A stretch of 55,796 nucleotides of DNA, taken from SAR202 cluster bacterium. GTDB lineage: Bacteria; Chloroflexota; Dehalococcoidia; Lucifugimonadales; UBA3495. The DNA lies in NCBI GenBank assembly GCA_009392095.1, contig VFHF01000182.1, forward strand, positions 1 to 55,796, written 5' to 3'. The notes beneath the pieces were generated by a model. It saw only the letters and a list, made by a program, of their open reading frames with translations, was not told where the DNA came from and ran no database searches. The position numbers were made by a program, and so were the translations under genes. Positions 18,212-27,100 of this stretch are shown one piece after another; the stretch's first letter is position 1; each line of letters opens with the position of its first letter.

Positions 18212-18474
18212 TTTTTCCTCTGTCCGATGTTCTTTCCGAAGATCACTCGGCAGTAAGAGCCTTCCAGACCATTGGAATGGTCCAGAAGCGGGCGCGAATC
18301 TCCGGTTTTCCACAATGGTCGGCGATGTAATTTATCAGCTATTTTAATTGTTCTAGCAGTCGATAGCACGGACCTGGCGCGGTCCCCTACAGCCGGCCAG
18401 TCCTGGCTGGCAATCGCCTCTTCGGCTTCATTCAGGAGACGATCGATCTGTCTTTGCATTCGTTCGCTGGGCAT
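18199..18474 (-). pseudogene. orphan N-terminal gene fragment (helical/TPR-like leader), probably decayed
   Basis: The first ~37 codons (MPSERMQRQIDRLLNEAEEAIASQDWPAVGDRARSVL) look protein-like. The remainder is low quality and overlaps the GNAT start. The natural continuation (..VLAID) is in another frame and stops at once. Confidence 0.25.
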
Positions 18475-18620
18475 GATGGATGCATACTAATACTGGGGCG
18501 GCAGGCCTGTCCATAATCGCCCGATACCCCTCTATGAGATTGTTATTTCCCAACCGCAAACCAGCTACCGTTCTTCCGGACCGCAGTTGGCTATACCAAT
18601 CGTTGAGATTCCTCGCCCTG

Positions 18621-18821
18621 CTCGGAATGACAGAGCTCCCGAGAAGGCGGTGTCCTGAAATGGGAGCGCCTCGGAGTGACAGTACAATCAATATTGTCAT
18701 TCTGAGCCAGCCGCAGCGGCGAAGAATCTGCCGATTGGCTCGGAGCAAGAAGGGCGGCTGCGCAAAGGTTCGGTCGGTGGGGTCGAGTATGGCAGATCCT
18801 TCGCTTCTCTCAGGATGGCAG
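18621..18821. repeat. cluster of 13-nt motif CTCGGARTGACAG (4 copies, one inverted)
   Basis: Copies at 18621-18633, 18670-18682, inverted at 18694-18706 and degenerate at 18809-18821. Copies 2 and 3 form a 12-bp hairpin with 2 G-U pairs. Confidence 0.55.
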
Positions 18822-18871
18822 TTGCGGCAGGCAATAATGGCGCGTCCAAGTACTCAATTTCCCCAAGCCCA

Positions 18872-18906
18872 TAAAAAACAAAGCCCCCTCATTAAGGGGG
18901 CTTTGT
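18872..18906 (-). terminator. intrinsic terminator of the alcohol dehydrogenase gene
   Basis: Stem CAAAGCCCCCT / AGGGGGCTTTG with loop CATTA. On the minus strand it is followed by TTTTTT (plus-strand A-run 18873-18878). Confidence 0.8.
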
Positions 18907-18939
18907 CTGTTGAAGACCCGAAAGCTGACTGCTGAAAGC

Positions 18940-20037
18940 CTACCCGTACATTATGACGCCGCGGCCAATCTCGCCCTTGTCCATATCGCCGTAAGCCTCG
19001 TTGATCTGGTCCAGGGAATAGTGGCGGACCACTAGGTCGTCCAGGTTCAGTTTGCCGGCCAGGTACATGTCCACCAGCTTCGGCATATCGACGCTGGCGT
19101 GGGTGGAGCCGTAGTAGGTGCCACGCATGGTTTTCTCGTTACGGACCATGTCCACCGCGTTGATGCCGGCCTCAGCGCCCACCGGGGCGATGCCGACGAT
19201 GGTCACGACGCCCTTCTTGCCGGCCATGTCGTAGGCGGCCTTGGTGGTGTCGGCCGAGCCGAAGACCTCGAAGGTATAGTCGGCGCCCTTGCCGTCGGTC
19301 AGCTCCCTGACCTGAGCAACCGGGTCCTTGTCCGAGGCGTTGACCGTGTGGGTCGCGCCGAACTTCAGGGCGAACTCGAGCTGGGCCTCGCTGATGTCCA
19401 CGGCGATGATTTTGCTGGCGTTGACCAGGGCCGCGCCCATGACCACGTTCAGGCCAACTCCGCCGCAGCCGATGACGGCCACTGTGCTGCCGGGCTGGAC
19501 GTTGGCGCTGGCGGTGACTGCGCCGACGCCGGTGGGGACGCAGCAGCCGATGAGGGCAGCTACATCCATGCCGATGTTGGATTCGATGGGCACCACGGCG
19601 GCCTCCGGGACGACCGTGTGCTCGGCGAATAAGGCGGTCTTGCCAAAGTGATGGACTCGAGTGTCGCCTTTGTGCAGACGCGTGGTGCCATCGAACATGA
19701 AGGCGCCAGCGGCGGCGTGCGCGTCGCACAACTGGGAGTTGCCGGTGATGCAGCTCTTACAGCGGCCGCAAGAAGAGACGAACGAAAGGATGACCTGCTG
19801 TCCGGGCCGGACCGAGGTCACGCCGGGGCCGACAGCTTCGACGGTGCCTGCGCCTTCATGGCCTAAAACTATAGGAAGAGCGGTGGGGGCGTCGCCGTGC
19901 ATATAGTGGCGGTCGCTGCGGCAGATGCCGGCTGCGCCGACCTTGACCAGGACCTCCCCGGCTTTGGGGTCGTCCAGATCCAAGTCTTCAATGATCAAAG
20001 AGTTCTTTTGTTCGTACAGTACGGCGGCCTTAACCAT
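18940..20037 (-). CDS. zinc-dependent alcohol dehydrogenase (MDR family)
   Basis: 365 aa. Motifs GICRSDRH and GHEGAGTV. Structural-Zn Cys cluster CGRCKSCITGNSQLC. Rossmann motif VIGCGGVG. Confidence 0.9.
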   Translation of the reverse strand: MVKAAVLYEQKNSLIIEDLDLDDPKAGEVLVKVGAAGICRSDRHYMHGDAPTALPIVLGHEGAGTVEAVGPGVTSVRPGQQVILSFVSSCGRCKSCITGNSQLCDAHAAAGAFMFDGTTRLHKGDTRVHHFGKTALFAEHTVVPEAAVVPIESNIGMDVAALIGCCVPTGVGAVTASANVQPGSTVAVIGCGGVGLNVVMGAALVNASKIIAVDISEAQLEFALKFGATHTVNASDKDPVAQVRELTDGKGADYTFEVFGSADTTKAAYDMAGKKGVVTIVGIAPVGAEAGINAVDMVRNEKTMRGTYYGSTHASVDMPKLVDMYLAGKLNLDDLVVRHYSLDQINEAYGDMDKGEIGRGVIMYG

Positions 20038-20241
20038 AGGAAAGCGCCTCCTCAGCGTCTAATTCTTCTCATCGTGAGAGCGGAGGTATCATCGCGGAAT
20101 GGTGGGGGTGGTGTCAAATGGGGGAGGGTGAGTTGAGAAAGTACATCAACAAAATGGGTTAAAACCCGTTGTCTAACCAAACGCCTTTATTGCTGCGTTT
20201 CATGCCTGCCAAGGACCAGCCCAGTTCGAGCTAACTCCGAA

Positions 20242-21303
20242 TTACCCCGCCCTCCATATCTCCTCCGAGCACACCCGCGTTACCCAGCCGGACATCCAGG
20301 CTGAGTGGCGACCTCCCCCGCCGGCCACGACTACCACGATATCGTCTGGCGATGCGCAGATTGGGACCAGAGTGTTGGCGTTTGTTTGGTCGATCCAGTT
20401 GGGCCAGACCCGGTTGCCGTAGTGGGCCAGGTCTTTGAGTTGGTGGATGGGCATCCGGGCGTTGGCGTAGATGTACTCCCGGACGTCGGCCTTGGAAAGG
20501 CCCGACCCGGCGATCTCGTTGGCGTGTTCGGGGCAGAGCACCAAAACGATCTGGGAGCGGGTGCCCAGGTGGTAGTAGCCGGGGATGCCCACGCCGCGCA
20601 TGTTGGCCGTGATGGTCCGAAGGACTTCTAGGCCGGTGCCCACGGTGCTCTCCATGACGTTGTAGACGCCCAGGATGGCGGCTATGGTCACCGTGCTGGC
20701 TTCCGGCTTGTAACCCAGCTCCACGTGCCGGGGCTCCCAGGGGCTTTGGTCTTCGTTCTCGCTGAAACAGAAGCTGTAGCGGTAGGGCGTGGACAGCGTG
20801 GCCTTGTCCATGTCACCGGGTATCAGTCCGCCCAGGTTCCGGACGGCCAGCCGCAACGCCCGGCCGATGACGGCGTTGGCGCGGTAGCCTGGGCCGAAGC
20901 AGGCGGCATCGCCGTTGATCTCGAGTTCTTTGGCTATGGGCCCGTTGACGATCAGCACCTGGGCCGCGCCGCCGGTGGTGACGGCGTTGCCGGCCAGGTT
21001 GAACTCGTCCCGTAGGGCCGCCTTCAGCGCCGCCACGACCACGGGGAAGTGCTCGGGCAGGCACCCGGCCATGACAGCGTTGACCGCCAGTTTCTCCAGA
21101 GTGACGTTTGAGTTGCCGGGCTGGATGCGGCCCAGGGAGTCGGACGGTTGGCCGCCGTAGCCGGACAGCATCTCGCGGACCAATGGCTCGGTGGGTGCGA
21201 CGATGGGAAGGCCGTCGGTCCAGCTCTGCTCCCAGAAGTAGTTCTGGATGGCGCGGGGTGAGTCTTCGATTCGGACACGGCTGGACTGGAGTTTTTCGGC
21301 CAT
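20242..21303 (-). CDS. conserved hypothetical protein
   Basis: 353-aa ORF with protein-like composition (WTDGLPIVAPTEP..NAVMAGCLPEHFP). I cannot name the family. Confidence 0.6.
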   Translation of the reverse strand: MAEKLQSSRVRIEDSPRAIQNYFWEQSWTDGLPIVAPTEPLVREMLSGYGGQPSDSLGRIQPGNSNVTLEKLAVNAVMAGCLPEHFPVVVAALKAALRDEFNLAGNAVTTGGAAQVLIVNGPIAKELEINGDAACFGPGYRANAVIGRALRLAVRNLGGLIPGDMDKATLSTPYRYSFCFSENEDQSPWEPRHVELGYKPEASTVTIAAILGVYNVMESTVGTGLEVLRTITANMRGVGIPGYYHLGTRSQIVLVLCPEHANEIAGSGLSKADVREYIYANARMPIHQLKDLAHYGNRVWPNWIDQTNANTLVPICASPDDIVVVVAGGGGRHSAWMSGWVTRVCSEEIWRAG

Positions 21304-21363
21304 TCTGGGTTATCGCTCCGATTTTGTGTTCGATGTGTTGTAAATGAATAGATCAAGCGGCGA

Positions 21364-21508
21364 CGTAGGCGCCGGTTTTTAACCGGCCGTGGCTCGGGGT
21401 TGGCCAAATTAATCTGAGGAAACCGGATTGGACTGGAATCGTAATCCGGCTTCCTCACTTAGCATTGGTTTCCCTCGGGCGAACCGAGTTAAAACCCCGC
21501 ACCTACGG
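21364..21508. repeat. ~145-nt inverted-repeat (MITE/REP-like) element, copy B
   Basis: Left end CGTAGGCGCCGGTTTTTAACCGGC. Right end AAAACCCCGCACCTACGG. Contains an internal 14-bp hairpin at 21415-21457. Confidence 0.55.
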
Positions 21509-21570
21509 TGACTTGCTCAATTTTAGAGCAGGTCTTTGTATCCCAATTGATCGGAATTGCGGTGGCGAGG

Positions 21571-23847
21571 CTAGCCTATCTTCTCTAATGGCGCGAAACT
21601 GAGCAGCAGGCGTTTCTGGCCTACGCCGCCTTCAAACTCGATGGTGACCTCGGTGTCGGAGGCTGTTACGTCCACGCGGGTGACCACGCCTTCGCCAAAA
21701 GCGTTGTGGCGCACCGAGTCGCCCACCGACAAAGTTGGGCGGGCCGACTCAGGCTTGGCCCGATTGATCACCGGAGTCGGTGCCTGCCAGGTGTTCCAGG
21801 ACGGGCCCTTAGACTCGCCTGGCTTGCCAAACGATCTACTTGTACCGCCAGCGGAGCCATTAGTTGGTCCGGAGCCCGATGTGATCAGCTCGGCGGGGAT
21901 GTCTCTCAGGAACCGGGAGCCCTCCCCGGCCCGAGTGGCCCCGAAGATCGAGCGGCGGAAGGCGCGGGTCAGGTAGAGGAGTTTCTCGGCGCGGGTCATG
22001 CCCACGTAGCAAAGCCGCCGTTCCTCCTCAAGCTGGTCCTCGTCGTCCAGGGACCGGCTGTGGGGAAGCAGCCCTTCCTCCATGCCCACCATGAACACCA
22101 CCGGGAATTCCAACCCTTTGGCCTGGTGCAGGGTGATCAGCGTGATGGAGTCGTCAGCGTCCTCGTAGTTGTCCACGTCGGCCACCAGGGACAGGCGTTC
22201 CAGCAGTGTGGCCAGGCCGTCGGGCGGCGCCTCGGCGTTGAACTCCTGGGCGGTGGCCCGTAGCTCCATGATGTTCTCCCAGCGTTCCTGGGGACTGTCA
22301 TCGCTGTTCTGGATGAAATTTCGGAAGCCGGTGTCCTCAACGACCCGGTCGACCAGGTCAACGACCTTTTCCCGCTTGCTCAGCTCGATGAGCTTCTCCA
22401 GGGTCACGGCGAAGTCTGCGAAGGACGTGGCGGCCTTCTTCGTGATGGTGATGGGGCAGTCCTCGCCGGCTAACCGGGCGGCAGCTACCTCTTGCATGGC
22501 CGCAAAAAGCCCCAGGTTCTTGCTCCTAGCCCAGTCTCCCATTTGCTGCATGGACTTGGCGCCGATGCCCCGGGGAGGCACATTGATCACTCGGCCCAGG
22601 TTCACATCGTCGTTGGGGTTATAGACCAGATGCAGGTAGGCCATCAGGTCCTTGACCTCACGGCGCTTGTAGAAGCGGATGCCGCCGACGAGCCGGTACC
22701 GGGTACCTTGGTGCAGGCAGGCCTCCTCCAGGGCTCGGGACTGGGCGTTGATCCGGTACATGACCGCGCAGTCGCCGTGCTTATACCCGTTCTCGCGTAC
22801 CAGCCGTTCGGCTTCAGAGATAACGAAGGACGCTTCCTCTCCTTCGTCATAGGCCTCCCGAATCTCCACCAGGTCTCCCTTGGAATTGTCGGTGAACAGG
22901 TCCTTCTGGATGCGCTGGCCATTTATCGAGATGAGATTCTTGGCGGCGTCCAGGATATTCGCCGTAGACCTGTAATTCTGGTCCAGAGCGATGGTCTTGG
23001 CCTGAGGGTAGTCACCTTGGAAGCTGAGTATGTTGCGTATGTCGGCGCTACGCCAGGAGTAGATCGACTGGTCGGGGTCGCCCACTACGCAGATGTTCTG
23101 GTGGGACTCAGCCAGTAACCGGGCCAGTTGGTACTGGGAGATGTTGGTGTCCTGAAACTCGTCCACCATGATGTATTTGTAGCGGTCGTTGTACTTCGTC
23201 CTGACGCCGGGAAACTCCCGAAGGAGCTGTACTGTCTTCATTAAAAGGTCGTCGAAGTCCACAGCGTTGTTGCGGGTCAGGGCCTCTTCGTAATGGTGGT
23301 AGACCTGGGCGCAGATCTCCTCGAAGTAGTTGTCGGCGTTCTTGGTGAAGGCCCTGGAGTCCCACATCTTGTTCTTTGCGTTTGAGATCATGCTGAGGAT
23401 GGCCCGGGGCGGGTTCCGCTTGGGGTCGATCTCCGCCAGTTCCATGGAGTCCTTGATGATCTTGGCCTGGTCGTCGGCGTCGTAGATTGAGTAGTTGGTG
23501 TCCAGGCCAAGGTTGTGCCCGTCGATACGCAGCACTTTGGCGCAGAAGGAGTGGAACGTGCCTACGGTCAGCGCGTCGCTGCGGGAGCCGACCAGCCGGT
23601 CCAGCCTTTCCCGCATCTCCCTGGCGGCCTTGTTGGTGAAGGTCATGGCCAGAATGTTGAAGGGGCTGATCTCGTACTCGCGGACCAGGTAGGCGATGCG
23701 GTGAGTGATGACTCGGGTCTTGCCGCTGCCGGGCCCGGCCACGATGAGGAGAGGGCCATCGACGGTCTCGACGGCCTCTTTCTGCGCTGGGTTAAGTCCT
23801 TCCAGTAATCCCGAGCCTGTAGTCATGGGCCGATTATAACATGACAT
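21571..23847 (-). CDS. pcrA: ATP-dependent DNA helicase PcrA/UvrD
   Basis: 758 aa. GLNPAQKEAV and Walker A AGPGSGKT. UvrD helicase motifs (DEFQDT, VGDPDQSIY, TLHQAKGLEF). A second ATG at 23826 may be the true, leaderless start. Confidence 0.9.
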   Translation of the reverse strand: MSCYNRPMTTGSGLLEGLNPAQKEAVETVDGPLLIVAGPGSGKTRVITHRIAYLVREYEISPFNILAMTFTNKAAREMRERLDRLVGSRSDALTVGTFHSFCAKVLRIDGHNLGLDTNYSIYDADDQAKIIKDSMELAEIDPKRNPPRAILSMISNAKNKMWDSRAFTKNADNYFEEICAQVYHHYEEALTRNNAVDFDDLLMKTVQLLREFPGVRTKYNDRYKYIMVDEFQDTNISQYQLARLLAESHQNICVVGDPDQSIYSWRSADIRNILSFQGDYPQAKTIALDQNYRSTANILDAAKNLISINGQRIQKDLFTDNSKGDLVEIREAYDEGEEASFVISEAERLVRENGYKHGDCAVMYRINAQSRALEEACLHQGTRYRLVGGIRFYKRREVKDLMAYLHLVYNPNDDVNLGRVINVPPRGIGAKSMQQMGDWARSKNLGLFAAMQEVAAARLAGEDCPITITKKAATSFADFAVTLEKLIELSKREKVVDLVDRVVEDTGFRNFIQNSDDSPQERWENIMELRATAQEFNAEAPPDGLATLLERLSLVADVDNYEDADDSITLITLHQAKGLEFPVVFMVGMEEGLLPHSRSLDDEDQLEEERRLCYVGMTRAEKLLYLTRAFRRSIFGATRAGEGSRFLRDIPAELITSGSGPTNGSAGGTSRSFGKPGESKGPSWNTWQAPTPVINRAKPESARPTLSVGDSVRHNAFGEGVVTRVDVTASDTEVTIEFEGGVGQKRLLLSFAPLEKIG
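23833..23841 (-). promoter_or_regulatory. extended -10 element TGTTATAAT, candidate leaderless promoter of pcrA
   Basis: On the minus strand TGTTATAAT ends 6 nt before the ATG at 23826-23824 (MTTGSGLLEGLNP..). Confidence 0.4.
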
Positions 23848-23882
23848 AACCCGGATCCAGCCTCAAAAACCGGGTATTAAGG

Positions 23883-24491
23883 CTATTTAAGGGCTGCGGA
23901 GACTTCTTCTAGAGTGGAGATCGTGCAGAGGAAGGGTAACGCCACGGTCAGGGACGCATCGTGGGCCTCCTGGCTCACCGATGCGCAGCAGTCGCCTACT
24001 ACTATGGTGTCGTAGCCAAGGTCGCAGGCCTGCCGGGCGGTGCCCTCGACCACGAAATTGGTGGCAACGCCGGCCAGTATCAGCGTGCCGATTCGCTTGG
24101 TTCGGAGTATCTGGTCGAGGTCGGAGGCTGTAAATGCCGAAACGCCGCGCTTGGTTACAATGGGCTCGCCGGCCTGGGGAGTTAATTTCTCATGGATCTC
24201 GGAGCCCCAGGTTCCTTCCACCAAGGCGGTAGCTCCGTGCAGCCCCTGCCAAAGTCCAGCGTTCGCCGGCCGCTCAGGGTAACCAGGGCGGAACTTAACC
24301 GAGACGTAGATTATCGTTATACCGGCGCTGCGGCCTGCAGCCAATAGTTGGGCCGACTTATCCAAAACATTAGTTTCTGCCACCATCTTTGCAAATCCGA
24401 AGTCCTTGAAAGCGCCGTCGGGATGGACGATGTCATTTTCGAAGTCCATGGCCAAAAGGGCCGTGTGTTGCCGATTGATTTCCAAAGCCAT
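23883..24491 (-). CDS. isochorismatase-family cysteine hydrolase
   Basis: 202 aa. LLAMDFEND (catalytic Asp region) and catalytic Cys context VVGDCCAS. Confidence 0.85.
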   Translation of the reverse strand: MALEINRQHTALLAMDFENDIVHPDGAFKDFGFAKMVAETNVLDKSAQLLAAGRSAGITIIYVSVKFRPGYPERPANAGLWQGLHGATALVEGTWGSEIHEKLTPQAGEPIVTKRGVSAFTASDLDQILRTKRIGTLILAGVATNFVVEGTARQACDLGYDTIVVGDCCASVSQEAHDASLTVALPFLCTISTLEEVSAALK

Positions 24492-24668
24492 GTCAGCCTC
24501 CCAAGCAAATCAGATTGTTGAAATTTAAGTGAGCACTTGAAATCCAGCGTGCATTATAACTTGCCTCGTTGACCGATGGCACGGCTTGTAAGTTATTAGG
24601 CGTGAAATGGTTGAAGTTGCTGGCCGAAACGGTCCAAATATGTTTATCAGGGATAATCAAGGTCGACT

Positions 24669-25112
24669 TTGGACACTACGGCTGGGGTGAACGGGCATGA
24701 TCTGCTCGGCATGCCAACAAACAACGAACCGGGAACACAGCTTTGTATCAGATGCGGCGTGCACATGGATCGCAACCTGCCGCCACAGTTGGTGCTGGAA
24801 TCCCTCTTCACCAACGAATTCATCTGGGGAATTAACATCGGCGGCTTAGCCGTGCCATTAGTACTGCTGGCCAGCGGTGTTTTGGGAGCGTGGCTAATCT
24901 GGGATCGGGTGGGATTTTCCAGTTATTGGACCATCACTGGATTCGCGGCGCTGATGCCCGGCACATTATTTACCATGTCGCTGCTGGCCGCATTCCGCAG
25001 AGGCGAGTCTTTTTTAATGGGATTGGGAGTATTCGTCTTATTCAGTCTTGCATCGGCCGGGATACTGGGTTTGATCCTGCCTATATTCGTCTTCAACAAG
25101 AATTTTGGCTAA
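24669..25112 (+). CDS. hypothetical membrane protein
   Basis: 147 aa with 3-4 hydrophobic helices in the C-terminal two-thirds. Start uncertain (internal ATG at 24711). Confidence 0.4.
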   Translation: MDTTAGVNGHDLLGMPTNNEPGTQLCIRCGVHMDRNLPPQLVLESLFTNEFIWGINIGGLAVPLVLLASGVLGAWLIWDRVGFSSYWTITGFAALMPGTLFTMSLLAAFRRGESFLMGLGVFVLFSLASAGILGLILPIFVFNKNFG

Positions 25113-25412
25113 GGCTTGACCGGCGCCATCAGCGAACCGGCCACCGTTATGTGACGGCCTGGGTTGACGGTGATATAATCACCTACCGTTCGAACAGCCT
25201 GCTGATCACGCCTCATTGAGCGTGTTAAAAAGCAGTCAACTCTGACTGACCAGGCACATACAGCAACCGGCCCGGACGGATTGAACGGCCCTCAAATCCC
25301 GGCATTTCCCGATGCGTTGCCTGAACTAAACTGGCGTCCCAGAAAGTACCAGGGATACAATCACATACCGCTGGCACGTCACTGGAAAGCAATCAGATAG
25401 GAAAATAGACCC

Positions 25413-26522
25413 ATGCAGAGATTCCCTTCCCAAAACCTGAGAACCCCCGGCCCCACGCCCATCCCCAGCGATATCGTCGAGGCTATGACTAATCCGATGA
25501 TCAATCACCGGGGCCCGGAGTTCGACACCCTCCTCAACAAGGCCACCGAGCAGTTGAAGCAGGTGTTTATGACCAAAAACGACCTGTTCATCCTGACGGC
25601 GTCAGGCACCGGGTCTCTTGAGGCATCCATCGTCAATACTTTGTCGCCTGGTGACAGGGTCATCGCCGCCACGGCTGGGGCTTTCGGAGACCGGTTTGTG
25701 GACATGGTCGAGGCTTACGGTGCCGACGTTAAGCGTATGGACTTCGACTGGGGCGGCCCCATAGACCCGGACGACATTCGCAAGGCCCTGCAGGCGGAGC
25801 CCGACATCAAAGCGGTTCTGGTCACCCACAACGAGACATCCACGGGCGTGACCCATCCGGTGGAAGACATCGCCAAGGTTGTGAAGGGTGAGTTCGACAA
25901 ATTACTGTTGGTAGATGCTGTTTCCAGCCTGGGTTGCATACCGTTGCCCGTCGACGCCTGGGACTGCGACATGGTGGGCACCGCCTCGCAGAAGGGGTTC
26001 ATGATTCCCCCAGGCCTGTCTTTCATCAGCGTTAGTGAACGTGCCTGGAAAGCCCAGCAGACCGCCAAGATGCCCCGGTTCTACTTCGACCTGTCCATGG
26101 CCAAAAGCTATCTCCAGACCGGCCAGACTCCGTTCACTCCGAACCTGTCGGCGATGTACGGTCTGAGCCGGGCATTGGACGTCCTTTTGGAAGAAGGTAT
26201 GGAGAACGTGTTCGGGCGCCATCACACTATCGCCCAGTTGACACGCGACGGCGCGCGTGATCTGGGTTTGGAGTTGCTTGTTGCCGATGAGGCGTACGCA
26301 TCGAACACGGTGACTGCCATCAAGGTGCCAGAAGGAGTCGACCAGAAGGCGTTAATGGGTAAGATGCGCACCGAGCATAACGTTGTGCTGGCCGGAGGAC
26401 AGGGCCGGATGAGCGCGGACATTTTCCGCATCGGCCATCTGGGAGCGGTAGCGAAAGAAGACATCACTGAAGTCATGGACGCATTAAAAATCGTTCTGCC
26501 GGAAGTGGGATTCAACCCATAG
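25413..26522 (+). CDS. class V aminotransferase (alanine-glyoxylate / serine-pyruvate type)
   Basis: 369 aa. NHRGPEF. PLP-Lys context GTASQKGFM. Confidence 0.85.
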   Translation: MQRFPSQNLRTPGPTPIPSDIVEAMTNPMINHRGPEFDTLLNKATEQLKQVFMTKNDLFILTASGTGSLEASIVNTLSPGDRVIAATAGAFGDRFVDMVEAYGADVKRMDFDWGGPIDPDDIRKALQAEPDIKAVLVTHNETSTGVTHPVEDIAKVVKGEFDKLLLVDAVSSLGCIPLPVDAWDCDMVGTASQKGFMIPPGLSFISVSERAWKAQQTAKMPRFYFDLSMAKSYLQTGQTPFTPNLSAMYGLSRALDVLLEEGMENVFGRHHTIAQLTRDGARDLGLELLVADEAYASNTVTAIKVPEGVDQKALMGKMRTEHNVVLAGGQGRMSADIFRIGHLGAVAKEDITEVMDALKIVLPEVGFNP

Positions 26523-26623
26523 GAATACGCCCGGAGGAATGGGATAATTGGGTTACATAGACGTAATCGCGTGTGTAGCGGTCAAGTTACCCCGGCGTTA
26601 TCGTTCCAGGGGAGGTGCCTGAA

Positions 26624-27094
26624 ATGGCAATTTCTCAACTCGAACAAGCGATGGCTACCCTTAGGTTGGGGTTAGCTGAGATGCGGGCCAAGGAAGACCA
26701 TATGGACGCCTTGGTCAACCAATTCCGGACCCAACTGCGCCGCCTGCCACGCCAGGTAGTCTACGGCCAGACGTCCTTGGAATCGTCCCTGACCGCCATG
26801 GGGGAGATCGAGGAGCGGCTTGAAGACGCCATATCCAACCGGCGCAGGCTGTTGGCTATCAAGGACACGGCCACCCAAGAGCTGGAAGCGTTACAGTTGC
26901 TGAAACGAGTGGACGAGGCGCGTTCCAAGCTTGCTAGCCTGAAGAACGGTAATTCCGCCGATGAAGAAGTCCAGGCGGAGATCAGACAACTGGAAGATTT
27001 CATCGCCGCCAATAGCCGTCAGGCCGAACAGGCTATCACCGAGCGGTTTAAAGAACGGACTGAACGCACCAACGGCGACCGGGCATCTAGCTAA
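26624..27094 (+). CDS. coiled-coil hypothetical protein
   Basis: ATG 26624 lies 8 nt after GGAGG. Heptad-rich, charged sequence with no family recognised. Confidence 0.5.
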   Translation: MAISQLEQAMATLRLGLAEMRAKEDHMDALVNQFRTQLRRLPRQVVYGQTSLESSLTAMGEIEERLEDAISNRRRLLAIKDTATQELEALQLLKRVDEARSKLASLKNGNSADEEVQAEIRQLEDFIAANSRQAEQAITERFKERTERTNGDRASS

Positions 27095-27100
27095 CTCCCT

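Noticed and set aside
18600-18830. CRISPR array
   Set aside because: The repeats are only 13 nt long, irregularly spaced, partly inverted and degenerate. There are no cas genes in the window.
25180-25412. Riboswitch (for example glycine or another amino-acid class) in the long region upstream of the class V aminotransferase
   Set aside because: I could not recognise any conserved riboswitch core sequence. A nearer TACAAT hexamer (25356-25361) could be the real promoter, which would make the long leader unnecessary.
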